From Eledone cirrhosa (taxonomy: Eukaryota), in contig OZ024740.1 of NCBI GenBank assembly GCA_964016885.1, positions 254,448,001 to 254,512,000 of the forward strand: a DNA stretch of 64,000 bases. Direction: 5' to 3'. Positions 1 to 13,998 of the stretch are shown here, piece after piece (the stretch's first letter is position 1; each line of letters opens with the position of its first letter). The notes beneath the pieces were generated by a model. That model made no database searches. It was not told the origin of the DNA and was given only the letters and a program-made list of their open reading frames with translations. Both the position numbers and the translations under genes were made by a program.

Positions 1-800
1 TATGTTACAAATTTCGTAATATAGATATATTAAGCACATGTATTAAATGCTAATTTACGGATAAATGTGTAATTGTAAATACCTTGTAACTGCTGCAATA
101 ATTATTACATACATAGCTTTCTGTGGCATATTTTTTCAGTATTGTATATACGTATCAAGATCCAAAAGAAATATACATCAATCTCTATTTTTGTATCCAG
201 TGTAAATTAACCAAATATAAGTGTTTCATTTCGTTATGTCAGTCAACAAAGATATACTAACACAGACACACACAGACATGCTATGCAAACATACACATAG
301 CGTTTCACCTCATTTTTTTTGTCAAGAGTTTCACCGCCAGCGGTTCGTTATGTCAATCAACACACATACACTCACACATACACTCACATACATATACTAA
401 GACACACACCCACAGACATACATTCACGCAAACACACGCATAGCTTTTCACCTCATTTTTTTGTTAGTCCTCACATATGTTATGTATGTGTAGATGTGTG
501 TGTTTAATTCTCTGTGTATCTGATTAAATATTTACGTGAAGATGTATGTGTATGTAATGTACATAACGAACGCGCCAACGAAGACACACTCTCACAGACA
601 CATACACATTCATATATAAAATGTGATGTCGTCGTGTTGTTTACTTAGTTCTCTATAGTAGGTTTAGATAAAGTGTTATATTGTTTTAATCCAAATGAAA
701 ATAAACAAACGAACCCGATTGTTTACAAACGAATCGAACATTATTATTAATGTTCGATATAACCCATACGTACATATGTATATGTACATATGTGTGTGTG

Positions 801-854
<54 letters not shown>

Positions 855-1320
855 TGTGCAAGCGTGTACGTATGCATACTTACTTCTATATATATATATA
901 TATATATATATACTTATTCTCCCACCAAAGAGTTGGTTTATATACATAAACAAACATATATAGGCACAAACACAGTGGCGGAGAGGGGGAGAAAGAAATA
1001 GAAAGTAATAGAAAGGCAAATTGAGATGTGTGTGAAAGAGAGAGAAACACAGAAGGAGAGTGATTAAGAGGCTGTATGTTTGCTTAAACAACAGAAAGAG
1101 AATTCGAGTCAAAGGGGAGAGAATTACACGATTGGCTGTATATTATGACATTGACATGCACACGTGCACACAAACCTACTCATACACACACAAATAATTG
1201 TCGTCTGCTGGAATGATATACGAATAGAACAAATACAGAAAGAAAAAAAAGGGAAATTTTTTTTAATGAGAAAAGATATGTAAAGTCACAAATTATATAT
1301 TGCCAGCCACATCCTTAGGG

Positions 1321-1406
<86 letters not shown>

Positions 1407-2122
1407 CATATATTTGAGGTCGTGCACACACATACATATAGATGTATGTGTGTGTACATACACACACAGATGCGCCAGCGTGTTGAAAAAATCCTAATCT
1501 CTTCATCTATCTCTTTCACTCTCTCTCTCTATATATATCTGTCACATAATCACTCTATCTATCTGTATCTCCCTCATCACACACTCTCTCTTTCTATATA
1601 TATGGTAGTTGAAATGGTGGTAGTGTAGAAATTTGAAACTTTGAAAAGAAGTCAATTTTAAATAAGCAATAAAATTATTTATATTTAATTAAGAGTTACG
1701 AAATTTAGTACATAAAATATGTAATACTCATTCATTACTTATTCAAAGTAATCCAACTTATTTTACCAACTGGATTAAAAGAAATAAACCGTACGCTGTC
1801 CCGCACTCCTCCCTTTATTATAGTATAGATTTCATTGAAATGGTTTTCATTATTATGCACTGTATTAATATTGATATCGTAATTTTCTGAAGTCACGCTG
1901 TTGTTAAATGAATTTGTGTCGTTTACTTCCATGGCGAAAAAATATGGATGACAAAGAAGAGTAAGATGAAATAAGAAAGGTTTGGAAAGGAAAGAATATA
2001 GTGGTCCAATTGTTCAAACAACGGAACATCCTGATCATGAAATTAACGTGCAAATGACTTAAGATTTCCACAGATATGTTCACTCTTAACAAACTTTGAC
2101 CGAGGATCAAACTCAAGATCTG

Positions 2123-2209
<87 letters not shown>

Positions 2210-2540
2210 CGTGTGTGTGTGTGTGTGTATACCCGAAGGATGTGACTGGCAATATATAATTTGTGACTTTACACATCTTTTCTCATTTAAAAAAAATTAA
2301 CCTTTTTTTTTCTTTCTGTATTTGTCCTATTCGTATATCATTCCAGCAGACGACAATTACTTATATAACTATAATCGTGCAAACCCAAACTTACAAAAAT
2401 ACACGCTCACGGACATATGTCCACATATATACATTTACACAAACACACATTCACACATATACATTTACACAAACACACACATACAGTCACAATAGCAGCG
2501 TTCGATGAATTGGAAATGGGGGAATAAAATGAAGTACAAC

Positions 2541-3270
2541 TTTTTATTTATTTATTCATAGTACCGTTTAACTCTTTAAAAAAAAAACTCATTTGTATAA
2601 AAAATTTATATAATGGTTACAGAACGAAAACACAAACAAATATAATATATACAAAGGAAAGGGAAAGGAAAGAACGAAAGAGAAAAAAATACACAAGTAC
2701 GTAATACACACATCTTAGACCACATAGAAGAGAATGCTGGCGAAAGGAGTGGACAAACGAGCCGCTACCAGAGCAAAATATAACAATATAGCGAGGAGCA
2801 CTGGGAAACCTTTCTAATAATTTTTGAGGCAAGCCAGCACGCTCGCAGCGTTACCGGGGGGTGATGGCGAGGCTGAGGTGCTGAAACAACCAAGCACCCT
2901 CACGAGTATCACCAGTTACCTCTGTTTAGCGAGCCGCCAGTGAAGATAAGAACCTCGCTGTCAGTAGCCCGACTCCCCCAAACGTCTCGACCGTCACAGG
3001 CTGGATAATGTAGTTAGCTGACAGAACACGGTATTTTAGGATTTTGTTCTATTCAGCTGCGGATGCTGTAGCTCTCGCCCTTACCGCTGCATCCGGAATG
3101 TGGGAAGAGACAAAAGAGTCACTAACTGTGATGTCCCAGGTAAGGCACCTGCCTCTTGACCAGGAGCACAGAGTAAGACCGTCAAGTATTTTCCCATCAA
3201 TTCTGGACAACCCAGATGGTTTCAAAATTGAGAGGATGTTTGCCCGGACCAAAGCTCTAAAGTGGTAATA
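2541..3270 (-). mobile_element. 3' fragment of a CRE-like non-LTR retrotransposon (restriction-like endonuclease domain + 3'UTR), decayed
   Basis: Minus-strand translation reads LDGLTLCSWSRGRCLTWDITVSDS...AE*NKILKY...QPVTVETFG...GNAASV. This matches the RLE C-terminus (PDG..W..G..L.WD.T / K..KY / ET.G / RGNA) of CRE-clade elements. In-frame stops are present, and there is an A-rich tail near 2541-2556. Confidence 0.75.
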
Positions 3271-3429
3271 GGACAGTGTGTGTATGTGCGCGCGTGTGAG
3301 TTTATCGGCGTTCTTAAATTAGAGACATGTGTGTGTGTGTCACTGTTTTAAGTTAGAGACATATATGTTTGTATCCCTTTCCTTCCTTTTACACACACAT
3401 ACATTCACACAAACACACATACACATTGT

Positions 3430-4070
3430 GTGACGGACGGGTGGACAGAAGTCCCTCAAATTTATATACATGTGAATGGAGTTCTACTGAAGCAGTTAGA
3501 GAAGTTCAAGTATCTCGGAGCCGTGTTCATGAGTGATGGAATGCAGGAGGCTGAATTAAGTGCAAGAATTGCAAAAGCTGATGCAGTAAAGCGCCAGCCT
3601 CAACATTCAGCAATCAGAAGAAGGGAGGTAGGTGTAAAAGCCAAACTCGCTGTCTTCCTGGTATTCCTGCCAGCTCTTACCGAGGATCATGAATCTTGAG
3701 TAATGACGAAAAGAATACAATTGCAAATAAAAACGGCAGAAATGGGATTCCTCCGAAGGGTCTTTAGAGTAACTTTACTCGATAAAGAGCATAGCTAAGA
3801 GACCTGAGAGTCACTCCTGGTAGAGCCGCTACTTCTCCGAATTGAGAGATCACAACTCCGATATTATGAGCATGTGGTTAGAATGTCTAAGTAAAGAATC
3901 ACTGGACAGATTTTACAGGCAAAACCAACCGACAAGAGGACCAGAGGTAGACCCTGAGCAAGATAATTGGATCAGTTAGAGATGTTTCCTACTGACAGAC
4001 TCGCTGGAAGGAGTGTTTGAGAAGGACTCTACCTCCACGACCCTCTCAGAAATAAGTGGGTGAAGAAAAA
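3430..4070 (+). mobile_element. RTE-clade LINE 3' fragment (post-RT domain)
   Basis: Reads LKQLEKFKYLG...ELSARIAKA...AEMGFLRRV...IERSQLR..HVVRM...KRTRGRP, with stops and frameshifts. Same family as 55230-55510. Confidence 0.8.
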
Positions 4071-4114
4071 GGTATTGTCAATTTACTTTTCAATTTACAT
4101 ATATCTATATGCAT

Positions 4115-4567
4115 AAATGGAAAAGAATGAAACAAAATTTCATTTCTCACTCTTAGTACGGCTGATACTTAAATGTAAGTATGTATGTATACGTACATAC
4201 ATATATGTATACAGACGTACATTAGTATGTATATATATACATACATGCACACATATATATATATGTACGTATGGGTTTACCGAACATTTATTATAATGTT
4301 CGGTTTGTTTGTGAACAAACATCCCGAATTACGCTTGAAACTAGTACATCGTTCCTGTGTCAGTGTTGAACAAAAGGCGACGATGGTTGCCTGAACACTG
4401 TACGGCGTAATTCGGGCTGTTTGTTTATAAACAAACCGAACATTATAATAAATGTTCGGTAAACCCATACGTACATATATGTATATATGTGTGCATGTAT
4501 GTATATATATACATACTACTGTACGTCTGTATACATATATGTATGTACGTATACATACATACTTACA
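4115..4567. repeat. Rearranged copy of the 427-bp hammerhead repeat: ~160-bp inverted arms (4173-4333 / 4405-4567) around a spacer containing the 3' half of the hammerhead
   Basis: The arms are reverse complements of each other. The spacer begins TTGAAACTAGTACATCGTTCC, the 3' half of the ribozyme at 59158-59200. 4115-4310 matches 59320-59507. Confidence 0.8.
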
Positions 4568-6187
4568 TATATGCATATATATTTGCGTATAATACCAATA
4601 GGCACACTATATATGCTAGCAGAAAGCCGCCCGCGGGGTGGTTTTTCTGCGAGTGGTATTAATGATGTAAGGATGTAAGGCTCTCAATTCAAAAGTGAAA
4701 TGAAATTAGAGAAGAAAACAGATTAGCTCTCCAAGAGTTGAAAGGAAATTTGACAGAAAAACGAAGAGATAAATTAAGAGAGAAAAATAGAATTTCTCAC
4801 AATGAAGCAAGACATTCTCAGACTAGGGAGGAACAAGAAATTGTAACTCAAGTAAAAAGATCTAGGTATGCTGAACTACGTAGTTCTGTTAAATCATTTA
4901 CAAATGCAGCATTTGAATATGATCCAAGTAAAAATTATGATAATCTATCAAATTTAGGAACAATGTCAGTAGTTTGTAAGCATTGTTGTGCAAAATTATT
5001 TAAAGATGAACCTAAGGGGTTATGTTGTTCAAATGGTAAAGTTAAATTGAATTTGATTGAAAGACCACCTGAAACTTTAAATACACTAATGCTGGGGGAA
5101 ACACAGGATTCTAAAAACTTCTTAAAGAATATAAAAAAATATATCGAATTGTTTTCAATGACATCCTTTGGAGTCGAGAATCAATATTTATGCTGGGATT
5201 CATGCCAGTTTTTGTAGTTCATTGTATAATTCAATTGATAATATTCCTAAATATGCACAAGTTTATTTTATCGATGAACAAATTAATATTAGAAATAGTA
5301 GGTTTTCTGAAACACACACACTATAAGACACATCCAAGAAATGCTTTTGGAAAATAGTGAGCTTATCAGACAAATTAAAACTATGGCATCTTTTGTTAAC
5401 AGTCCATATCTTCTATTGTGAATTTGTGCAGATAAAGTACCAGCTAGTGAGTATACATGAAGGTACAATGACCGAAGACGTGGGATTAGTAATGGTTGGA
5501 ACTGAATTTCCACGAAGAAACATCATTTTTACTTTTAAAGATAACACTGTAAACAAATCAATGAATTACATAGATCCTATGATCTATTACAATATCCTTT
5601 GATTCATTGGAAAGAAAATGATGGGTATTCGTTGAATTTACCTTTGTACAATACAAATACAAATCAAACAGTCCGAAATAAGAACGTTACATGCAGGCAA
5701 TATTATGCATATTATTTACAACTAAGAAATACTTGGAATCAAATTGTAAGATGTAAATGATTGTTCCACATGTATTTAGTTGATATGTATGCCAAAACTA
5801 AGTTTGAAGTTATTGTACATTAAACAGCACCAATCCAAGCTAAGGGTCGAAGAGTATTCACTTTTAAAAGATTCTCTAAATAATGAAGGAATATTCAGTG
5901 CACAAGAATTAGGTAGGGCTGTAATTTTACCTTCTACTTTTGTTGGAAGTCCAAGATATTGGAAGGAAAAAACTCAAGATGCAATGTATTATGTGAGAGA
6001 ATACGGTAGGCTTGACTTATTTATAACATTCAATTGCAATCCTAAATAGAATGAGATTATGGAGAACCTATACAAAGGTAAAAAAACCTGAAGATAGACA
6101 CGCATAATTGCAAGAGTTAAAGAAAATGATGAAAATATTGGTTGATAAGGGAGGTGGAATATTTGGCAAAACAAAGGCCTACACATA

Positions 6188-6361
6188 CAGTGAAATTCCG
6201 TTATAACGAAATTCACGGGGTATAAAAAAATTCGTTGTAACGAAAAATTCTTTCTCACGAGATCGACCTAACACATTGAGCTTATGGCCGGGGATTGAAA
6301 AAAATTTCGTTATACTGAAAAATTCTTTATAATGATATTCATTATAACGGAATTTTACCTG
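6188..6361. mobile_element. Tc1/mariner-pogo-type MITE inserted in the Helitron Rep domain
   Basis: TIRs CAGTGAAATTCCGTTATAACGAA / TTCATTATAACGGAATTTTACCTG with TA duplication (6186-6187, 6362-6363). Excision restores GIFGKTKAYTYTVEWQKGGLPHAHIL. Confidence 0.9.
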
Positions 6362-6590
6362 TATACAGTAGAATGGCAGAAAGGAGGTTTACCACATGCT
6401 CATATCTTACTTTAGTTAGAGTAAACAAAGAATCAGTAATCTCTCCAGAAATTCCAATCCAATTAATGATCCTATTCTTTATGATATTGTCACTATACAA
6501 ATGGTCCAGGGTCCATGTGTTTTATTAAATCCGCAATGTCCATGTATGAATGATGCAAAATGTGGGAAGAATTACCCAAAATATTTAATT

Positions 6591-6770
6591 AATTGTTTCT
6601 ACTTTTGGCACAAGGCCAGAAGTTACCTCAGTGCATTACTGGTGCTTTATTTTATCGACCCCGTAAGGGTGAAAGGCAAAGTTTACTTCGGCGGGATTTG
6701 ACCTCAGAACGTAAAGGGCCATAACTATATGCTGCAAAGCATGGTGTCTGACGCTCTACCAATACTGCCC
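6591..6770 (-). mobile_element. tRNA-derived SINE copy within the Helitron
   Basis: Matches the repeated ~190-bp family (ggcacaaggccag...ttttatcgaccccgtaagg.tgaaaggcaaag...gggatttga). Confidence 0.85.
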
Positions 6771-7281
6771 TTCATAATTTACTTAATGAAACCAGGACAA
6801 ATGTCACAAGGTATCCCTTATATAGCCGGAGAAAAACAAGATGGAAGAACAGCAAAAATAACAAGAAACTCAAAAACATATACCTATGACAATAGGTGGA
6901 TTGTGCCTTACAATCCATTAGTTTTGAATGTATTTAAAGGCCACATCAATGTAGAACTTTGATCCTCTGTTCAAGCTATAGTATACATAATTAAGTACTT
7001 TAATAAAAGTGGCGATGCTGCTGTTCTAGGAATACGGAATAATGATCAATATAATGTAGTCAATAAGTTTGTAACAGGGCGCTATCTCAATAGTAATGAA
7101 GCTGCATGGAAAATCCTTCAATTTAATATTCAGATGGGATACCCAGCTGTTCCACAATTGGATATACATTTAGAAAATGGCCAAAGACTGTACTTCAGTA
7201 ATAATGCTGAAAGTAGAATTAGAAATCCCCCAAATACGACTTTAATTTCGTTCTTCAAACTGAACGAAACTGATGAATATG

Positions 7282-7488
7282 TGTTGTTGGGAAAAACGCT
7301 GAACACCTCCACGTAACTAAAATTGAACTAGGCAAAATGTTTATAAATAACTGAAGTGAACTGTCAGTAGACTGTGTACGTAGTCTCTCGTAGTGTTTCG
7401 TTGGTAGTTCGAAATTACGGCTGGTGAATACTTTGGTTTTACCTTCGTTCGTACAGATATACTAAACAGGAGTGTCACTATTATAACT
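7282..7488 (+). repeat. 5' LTR of the Gypsy element
   Basis: Direct repeat of 11689-11885; starts TGTTG. Confidence 0.9.
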
Positions 7489-10400
7489 GTGGCGTCGAGT
7501 TATTTGAAGCTTGCGTTGGACTGATCTTTTTTAGTAAAAAAAAAAACCTCCTTAATATGGAAGATTTGCTAGCCCAAGTAGTACAGTTGTAACAACAATA
7601 ACAGTTAATTAAACTAATACAAAAGAAAACGGAAAATACGCCAAGTTTGTTCACCCCGGATGCTGTGGCGAACTAGATAAAAGAATTGACATATAACCCA
7701 GATGAAATTATGTCTGGTGAATATTTTGGCTTTACCTTCATTCATACAGATATACTAACAGGTGTGACACCCCATTATAAAAGTGGCAATAATTTATTCG
7801 AAGCTTACGTTGGACAGATTTTTTTTTAACACCCCCAAAACCTTATTATAGAAGATTTACTAAGTGGTAAACAACAACAACAGTTAATAGAACTAATACT
7901 GAAGAAAACGTGGCGAACTCAAAAGAATTCGCATATAACCTAGACGAGGGCATTACCTTCTCCACTTTTTTTTAGAAGGCATGACGAAATTTTCCGAGAA
8001 GAATGCAGCGCCTGGGAAAACAAGAAAAATACACCTTTGTTGAGAAAGTTGGCACCAGTCGAACATGACAAATACTGCAACTATATACTACCGAAGAAAC
8101 CAGGTGGGATCTGTTTTGAAGAAACAGTAAATATCCTGTCGAAAATTTTTAGCGAGAAAAGTTCTTTATTTAACACCCATTGGCAGTGTATGAATCTGGC
8201 GAAAAAAGAGGACGAACATTTTGTCACCTATCCTGGGATCGTTAAAAAGGAATGCGAAAGATTTAAACTGAACGAACTAAGCCCAGACATGTTGAAATGC
8301 TTAATTTTCGTGCAATGGTTAACTGCAAAGGAAGATGCAGAAATTCGTACCAGAATTCTGACAAAATTAGAGCAGAATCAGATCTTAACATTACAGGAAA
8401 TATCTGAGGAATGTCAGAGAATTATAAATCTGAGATACGATAAGGAAAGACTCGGAGAGAATGCTCTCATACACAGTCTGTGACTTAAAGTAAAAAAGGA
8501 AAACAAAAAATTAATCCATGTTTCGAATGTGGAGGATTACACTTCAGATACGATTGTCCTTTTAAAAATTAGTGTTTTGAGTGTGGGAGAATAGGACATA
8601 AAAAAGGTTCAACAGGAAAAACTATGTACACAGGGTATCGGCGAAAATAAATATATATATACATATATGAACGACACTCAAATGAAATTTGTGTATGTAA
8701 CATTAACAACGTGAATGTGAAATTGCAGTTAGATACAGGTAGCTACATTACTATAATCAATGAAAACACGTGGAAAGCAACCAGGAAATCTACATTAAAT
8801 AATACCTCGAATATTGTACGTCACGTTTCGGGAAAGAAATTATTTTTTAAAGGCGAAATAGTAACTAACGTTACATTTCATGGCCAGACCGTAAAACCTA
8901 AAGCTTGTGTATTAAGATATATAACAAATCTTTTCGGTACTGACTGGATGGATCTGTTCGACTTATGGGATTTACCCATTAATGTTTTGTAAAAATGTAA
9001 TTGTGTCGTCAGCCAGTTCAAACGAAAAGTAAGAAAATTTAAAAGAATTGAAAAGGTGGTTCCTCGATGTTTTTTCGTATGAGTTAGGTCGTTGTACTAA
9101 ACTAGAGCTAAATTTCAAATCAAAGAAAATGTGACACCTTTATTTAAACCCAAACATAATGTACCGTTTGCAGCATTAGATAAAGTCAACAAAGAATGAT
9201 AGAATTAGATGGAAAAATGGGAGTGATTTTAAACAATTCATCACGCAAAGTAGGCCTCTCCAACAGTATATGTATATAAAAAAAAAAAACATAATAAAAT
9301 TTGTGTGTGTGTGCAAACTTTTCGACAGGACTAAACAAACCACACAACTACACATTGCCAAGTCCAGAGAAAATTTTTCTCGAAATTAGAACTTTCTGAA
9401 GCTTACCTACAAATACAAGTTGAAGACGAATATACAAATTTGTTGAGAATAAATATTCATAAAGTTTTGTACAAATTTAATCGACTTCCCTTTGGCATAA
9501 AAGTTGCTCCGGCTATATTCCTACAAGTTATGGATACTATGCTGGCAGATCGTGATTTCATAGTTGGACGGAGTATTAATTAAAAGTGAATCTCATGATC
9601 AGCATGTCGAGTGCATTTTGGAAAAGATAAGAGACTATGGGTTCAAACTCGGCGATGAGAAGTGCTAATTGTTCTTGCCTAGAATAAAGTACCTAGGACA
9701 AATCATCGATAAAAATGGTCATCAACCAGATCCATCAAGGGCTAGTGCAATTAAAAATATGGCCCCGCCGAAAAACGTTACTATGTTACAAGCATTTTGG
9801 GGGTTTGTGAACTATTATCAAATATATATTCCAAATATGAAAAATGTAAGAGCTCCACTAAATAATTTGCTTAAAAAGACAAAGTGGAATTGGACTGATA
9901 AGTGCCAGAAGGCATTTGAAGAAATAAAAAGCATATTAACTTCGGACTTATGAGTAGCGCATTTTGACCCAAACATAGAAATCGTATCGGATTCAGATGC
10001 TAGTGAATACGGTATTGGAGCCGTGATTCTACACAAATATGATGATGGTAACACAAAACCCATAGCTCATGCCTCAAGTTCTCTACTACCAACAGAAAAT
10101 AATTACAGCCAGATTGAAAAAGAGGCGTTAGATATATTTGCCGTGAAAAATTTCATAAGTTCATTCACGGAAGGAGTTTTTGTTTACAGGCTGATCACTA
10201 TCCTTTGTTGTCAATTTACGGGTCAAAGAAGGGAATTCCCACCCACACAACAAATAGATTACAACGCTGGGCCACCATTATTTAATTATGATTTTAAGAT
10301 GGCGTATTTACCATCCAAAAAATTAGGACACGCTGATGGTCTATCATGATCGATACCAAAAAATTGTGAACTGTTTGAAGATGCAGTGATACAGGCTTTA

Positions 10401-11688
10401 AGAGCTGAAAAGGAACTAAAAAGTATATTGTGTAATATGGTACAATTACATTCGAAGGAATAACATTAAAAGCGGAAGACGATTTTATTATGAAAATGAG
10501 CAGGAAAAATAAATAAAAATATTCAACCCAGATTCGAACTCGTACTCAGTTTCTGACAATGTACTGATGTATGTACAAAGCGTAGTAATACCGGTCACAC
10601 TACGAAAGCGAATATTAAAATAATTTCACATTGGCCATCCGGAAATATCAAGAACGAACGCTCTTATGAGAATTTATGTATAATTTATGTATAAGAGATT
10701 GAAGAGTTGGTAAAATCCTGCAGAAGTTGTGCTCTGGTAGCAAAATCGCTTACCACAAAATTTCAACCTTGGCCAAAGACGGATATTCCATGATCAAGAC
10801 TACATATTGATTTCGCAGGTCCACTAAATGGATCACATTATCGTGTAGCGGCAGAGAGCTTTACTAAGTGGCCTGAAATCTGCAAGTGTAAAAACCAACC
10901 CCCTCGGTTACAGTAAGATTTTTACAGGAATTATTTGCAAGATATGGTATTCCTGATACCACAGTTTCTTATAACGGGACATAATTCACTGCGCATGAAT
11001 TAAAAATAAATTGTAAAATGTTCTCTATTGAACATGTTACCACTCCACTGTATCACCCAAGGTCAAATGGACAAGCAGAACGGATTGTGGATTCATTTAA
11101 GTAGGCCTTAAAGAAAGCAAACGATGATGATTTAGGATTTCAACAATTCTTATGAGTATACCGGGTAATGCCTAATCCTAATATCCCTGCAGGCATGGCA
11201 CCTGCGGAATTGATGTTTGCAAGGAAGATTAAGTGAGTGTTTGACAAATTGTTACCGGGTTGAAAAAGAAAAAATATCGGATAACAAAAATAATACAAAA
11301 TATTTTTTAGAATGTATAAAAAGGGTAAAGAAATGTGGGAAGATTCGAATTGGAAAAATGTTGTATATGGTAAAAGGTCACAAATGGGAACATAAGAGAC
11401 ATAAAAATCGGTTTAAAATAAAAAGTTTGCTGAAGAAAGGGTCACGAGAAATGAAGAACCAATGAGTGTTCTATGATATTTTCGATGTGCCAACCCACAA
11501 AGAAATTGTTGAACCTACGCGGATGAGTACGAGGAAAAGGAAACGTTCGGAATTATTAGAAGTGTATCCAAAACGTTTTATTAAGCTCCAGACAGTTTAG
11601 TTCTCAAAAAAGTGAGAGGTTGGGTGAAAACTGAAAAAAATATATATATCTCCACACGTCCGAGGAAGAGGACTCTCAAAAACGAAGA

Positions 11689-11885
11689 TGTTGTAGGGAA
11701 AAAACCCTGAACACACCCGCGTAACTAAAATTGAACTAAGCAAAATGTTTATAAATAACTGAAGTGAACTGTCAGTAGACTGTATGTAGTGTTTCGTTGG
11801 TAGTTCGAAATTATGTCTGGTGAATACTTTGGTTTACCCTCGTTCGTACAGATATACAAAACGGGTGTGACACACCAATATAACA
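11689..11885 (+). repeat. 3' LTR of the Gypsy element
   Basis: Starts TGTTG, ends TAACA, preceded by a purine-rich tract. Confidence 0.9.
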
Positions 11886-13772
11886 ATATACAAAAGGTTT
11901 CCTATATAACGATATTCCATCTCATTATACCCTTACTTCCAATAAAACATGGAAAAGAAGATTGAATGGTAGATTTGTGCAAACATGTTCTAGAATTTAC
12001 ACTGTACCACCTAATCAAACAGATTATTGCTGAACGTAGTTAGAGGTCCAAAGTCTTTCAGAGATGTAAAACACATGAGGGTATTGTCTATAATACGTTT
12101 AGAGAAGCATGTTTGGCAAGGGGATTGTTCATAACAATCCTCTAAAACTAGCACTTAGAGAAATTGTTTCTACTAAACTGCCATGCCAGGTGAGATACTT
12201 ATTTGCAATAATTATAATTCATTGCAATCTTTCTGATATTATATGAAAAATTTAAACAACCAATGTCAGTTGATATTCTAAATCAATTGACAAACAATCA
12301 ATAAGAAAAAATATATGAAGAAATATACAGTGAACTTTTACACAAACTTAGGTCTTTTATATGAAATAGGACAAAACGCTTTGATTGAAATAGGACTACC
12401 TGAATCAACTTATCAAGAACTAGAAGTAAACAATATTGGAAGAGTAAATGAACACTTAGATATAGGAAACTTTGTAGATGTGAATGAGCCATTGTTAAAT
12501 GAAGAACAAAGACTTATTTACAATACAATCAATGATTCAATAACCAATAGAAATGAACAAACATACTTTTTAGATGCTCCAGGTGGAACTGGAAAAACAT
12601 TTTTGATCAATCTTCTACTAGCAAACAATAGAATGAATGGTTATATTAGTATAGCCGTTGCTTCTTCAGGAATAACAGCAACTTTAATAGATAATGGAAA
12701 AAACAGAACATTCAATGTTTAAATTACTATTTTCATCATCAATACTTGATGAATTCACAACATCAATTAGAAAAAAAAGTCGAATTTGGATAATCTTAGA
12801 AAATTGTAATTTATTATGAAGGGATGAAGTTACAATGTCAGACAAAAAGATTTCAGAGGCTGTTGATAAAACATTGAAAGAGATTAAACAGAATAATTTA
12901 CCTTTTGGTGGTATTACTGTTTTACTAGCTGGTGATTTTAGACAAATACTTCCAGTAGTACCAAAAGGTACAAAAGCTGATGAAATAGATGCATCTATCA
13001 AGGCATCCCATTTATGGTCATTATTCCACATTAAGAATTAGTAGAGAGTGTATATCCTAAAAAGTAATGACTTACATGACTTTGTAAGTAAACTATTAGA
13101 AATAGGAGAAAAAAAGGATCCCAAGTGATGACAATCACTTGATATTATTACCAGTGGAAAATAGAGTTGAGAATGAAATTGATTTAGAAACATTTATTTT
13201 TGAGGACATTGCAATTAAACACACTAATACAGAATGGATGTCAGGCAGATTTTAGCTGCTAAAAATGATAGTGTTGATGCTATTAATATGCGAGTACTTA
13301 ACAAAGTAGAACATAGATTAAGAACCTACAATTCTATAGATCAAATGAAGCAGTAGATTTTCCAGTTGAGTTCTTAAATTCATTAGAATTATCGGGATTT
13401 CCACCACATGAATTGGATTTGAAGAAAGGAGTTCCAATTATTCTTTTGAGAAATTTACAAACTCCAAAGTTATGCAACGGAATGAGGTTAATAGTGGAAT
13501 CCCTTGCAAATAATGTAATTGAAGCAAAAATACTAAATGGGAAGTATAAAAATGAATTAGTATTATTACCAAGAATTAACTTACTTGCAGAGGAGCCAGT
13601 GAGGTTTACAAGATTACAATTTCCAGTTAAACTATCTTTTGCTTTGACAATAAATAAATCACAAGGTCAAACATTTAAAAAAGTTGGTATCAATCTTAAA
13701 AATGAAGTATTTTCTCATGGACAACTATATGTATCACTTTAAAGATTGGGAGGTCCTAATAAACTTTATTAT

Positions 13773-13998
13773 GCAGTGCATTGGAAGTATCGGTAGAGGT
13801 CGGACACCATTCTTGCAGCATCGAGTTACAGCCCTTTCCGGTCTGAGCTCAAATCCCGCCGAGGTTAACTTTGGCTTTCATCCTTACGGGGTCGATACAA
13901 TAGAGCACCAATAGAGCACTGTATACACCAATAAATAGAGCACCAATAATACACTGGGATAATTGCTGGCCTTGTGTCAAAAGTAGAATCAATTACTA
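13773..13998 (+). mobile_element. tRNA-derived SINE interrupting the Helitron helicase C-terminus
   Basis: A-box-like TGGAAGTATCGG, B-box-like GAGCTCAAATCC and the family 3' tail. Helitron coding sequence resumes after it. Confidence 0.85.

Larger units (their letters stand above)
7282..11885 (+). mobile_element. Full-length decayed Ty3/Gypsy LTR retrotransposon (Mag-like) nested in the Helitron
   Basis: LTRs at 7282-7488 and 11689-11885 (TG...CA) with 5-bp TSD ATATG/ATATA and PBS-like TGGCGTCGAG at ~7490. gag 8037-8483 plus CCHC knuckles (~8518-8600). Protease LDTGS, RT (RLPFGIKVAPAIF), RNase H (SDASEYGIGAV) and integrase (LHIDFAGP, YHPRSNGQAER) in Gypsy order. Confidence 0.95.

Noticed and set aside
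4173-4567. Foldback DNA transposon/MITE with 160-bp TIRs
   Set aside because: The same arms are direct repeats at 58955-59507 and the spacer is half a hammerhead. An inverted, truncated retro-insertion explains it better.
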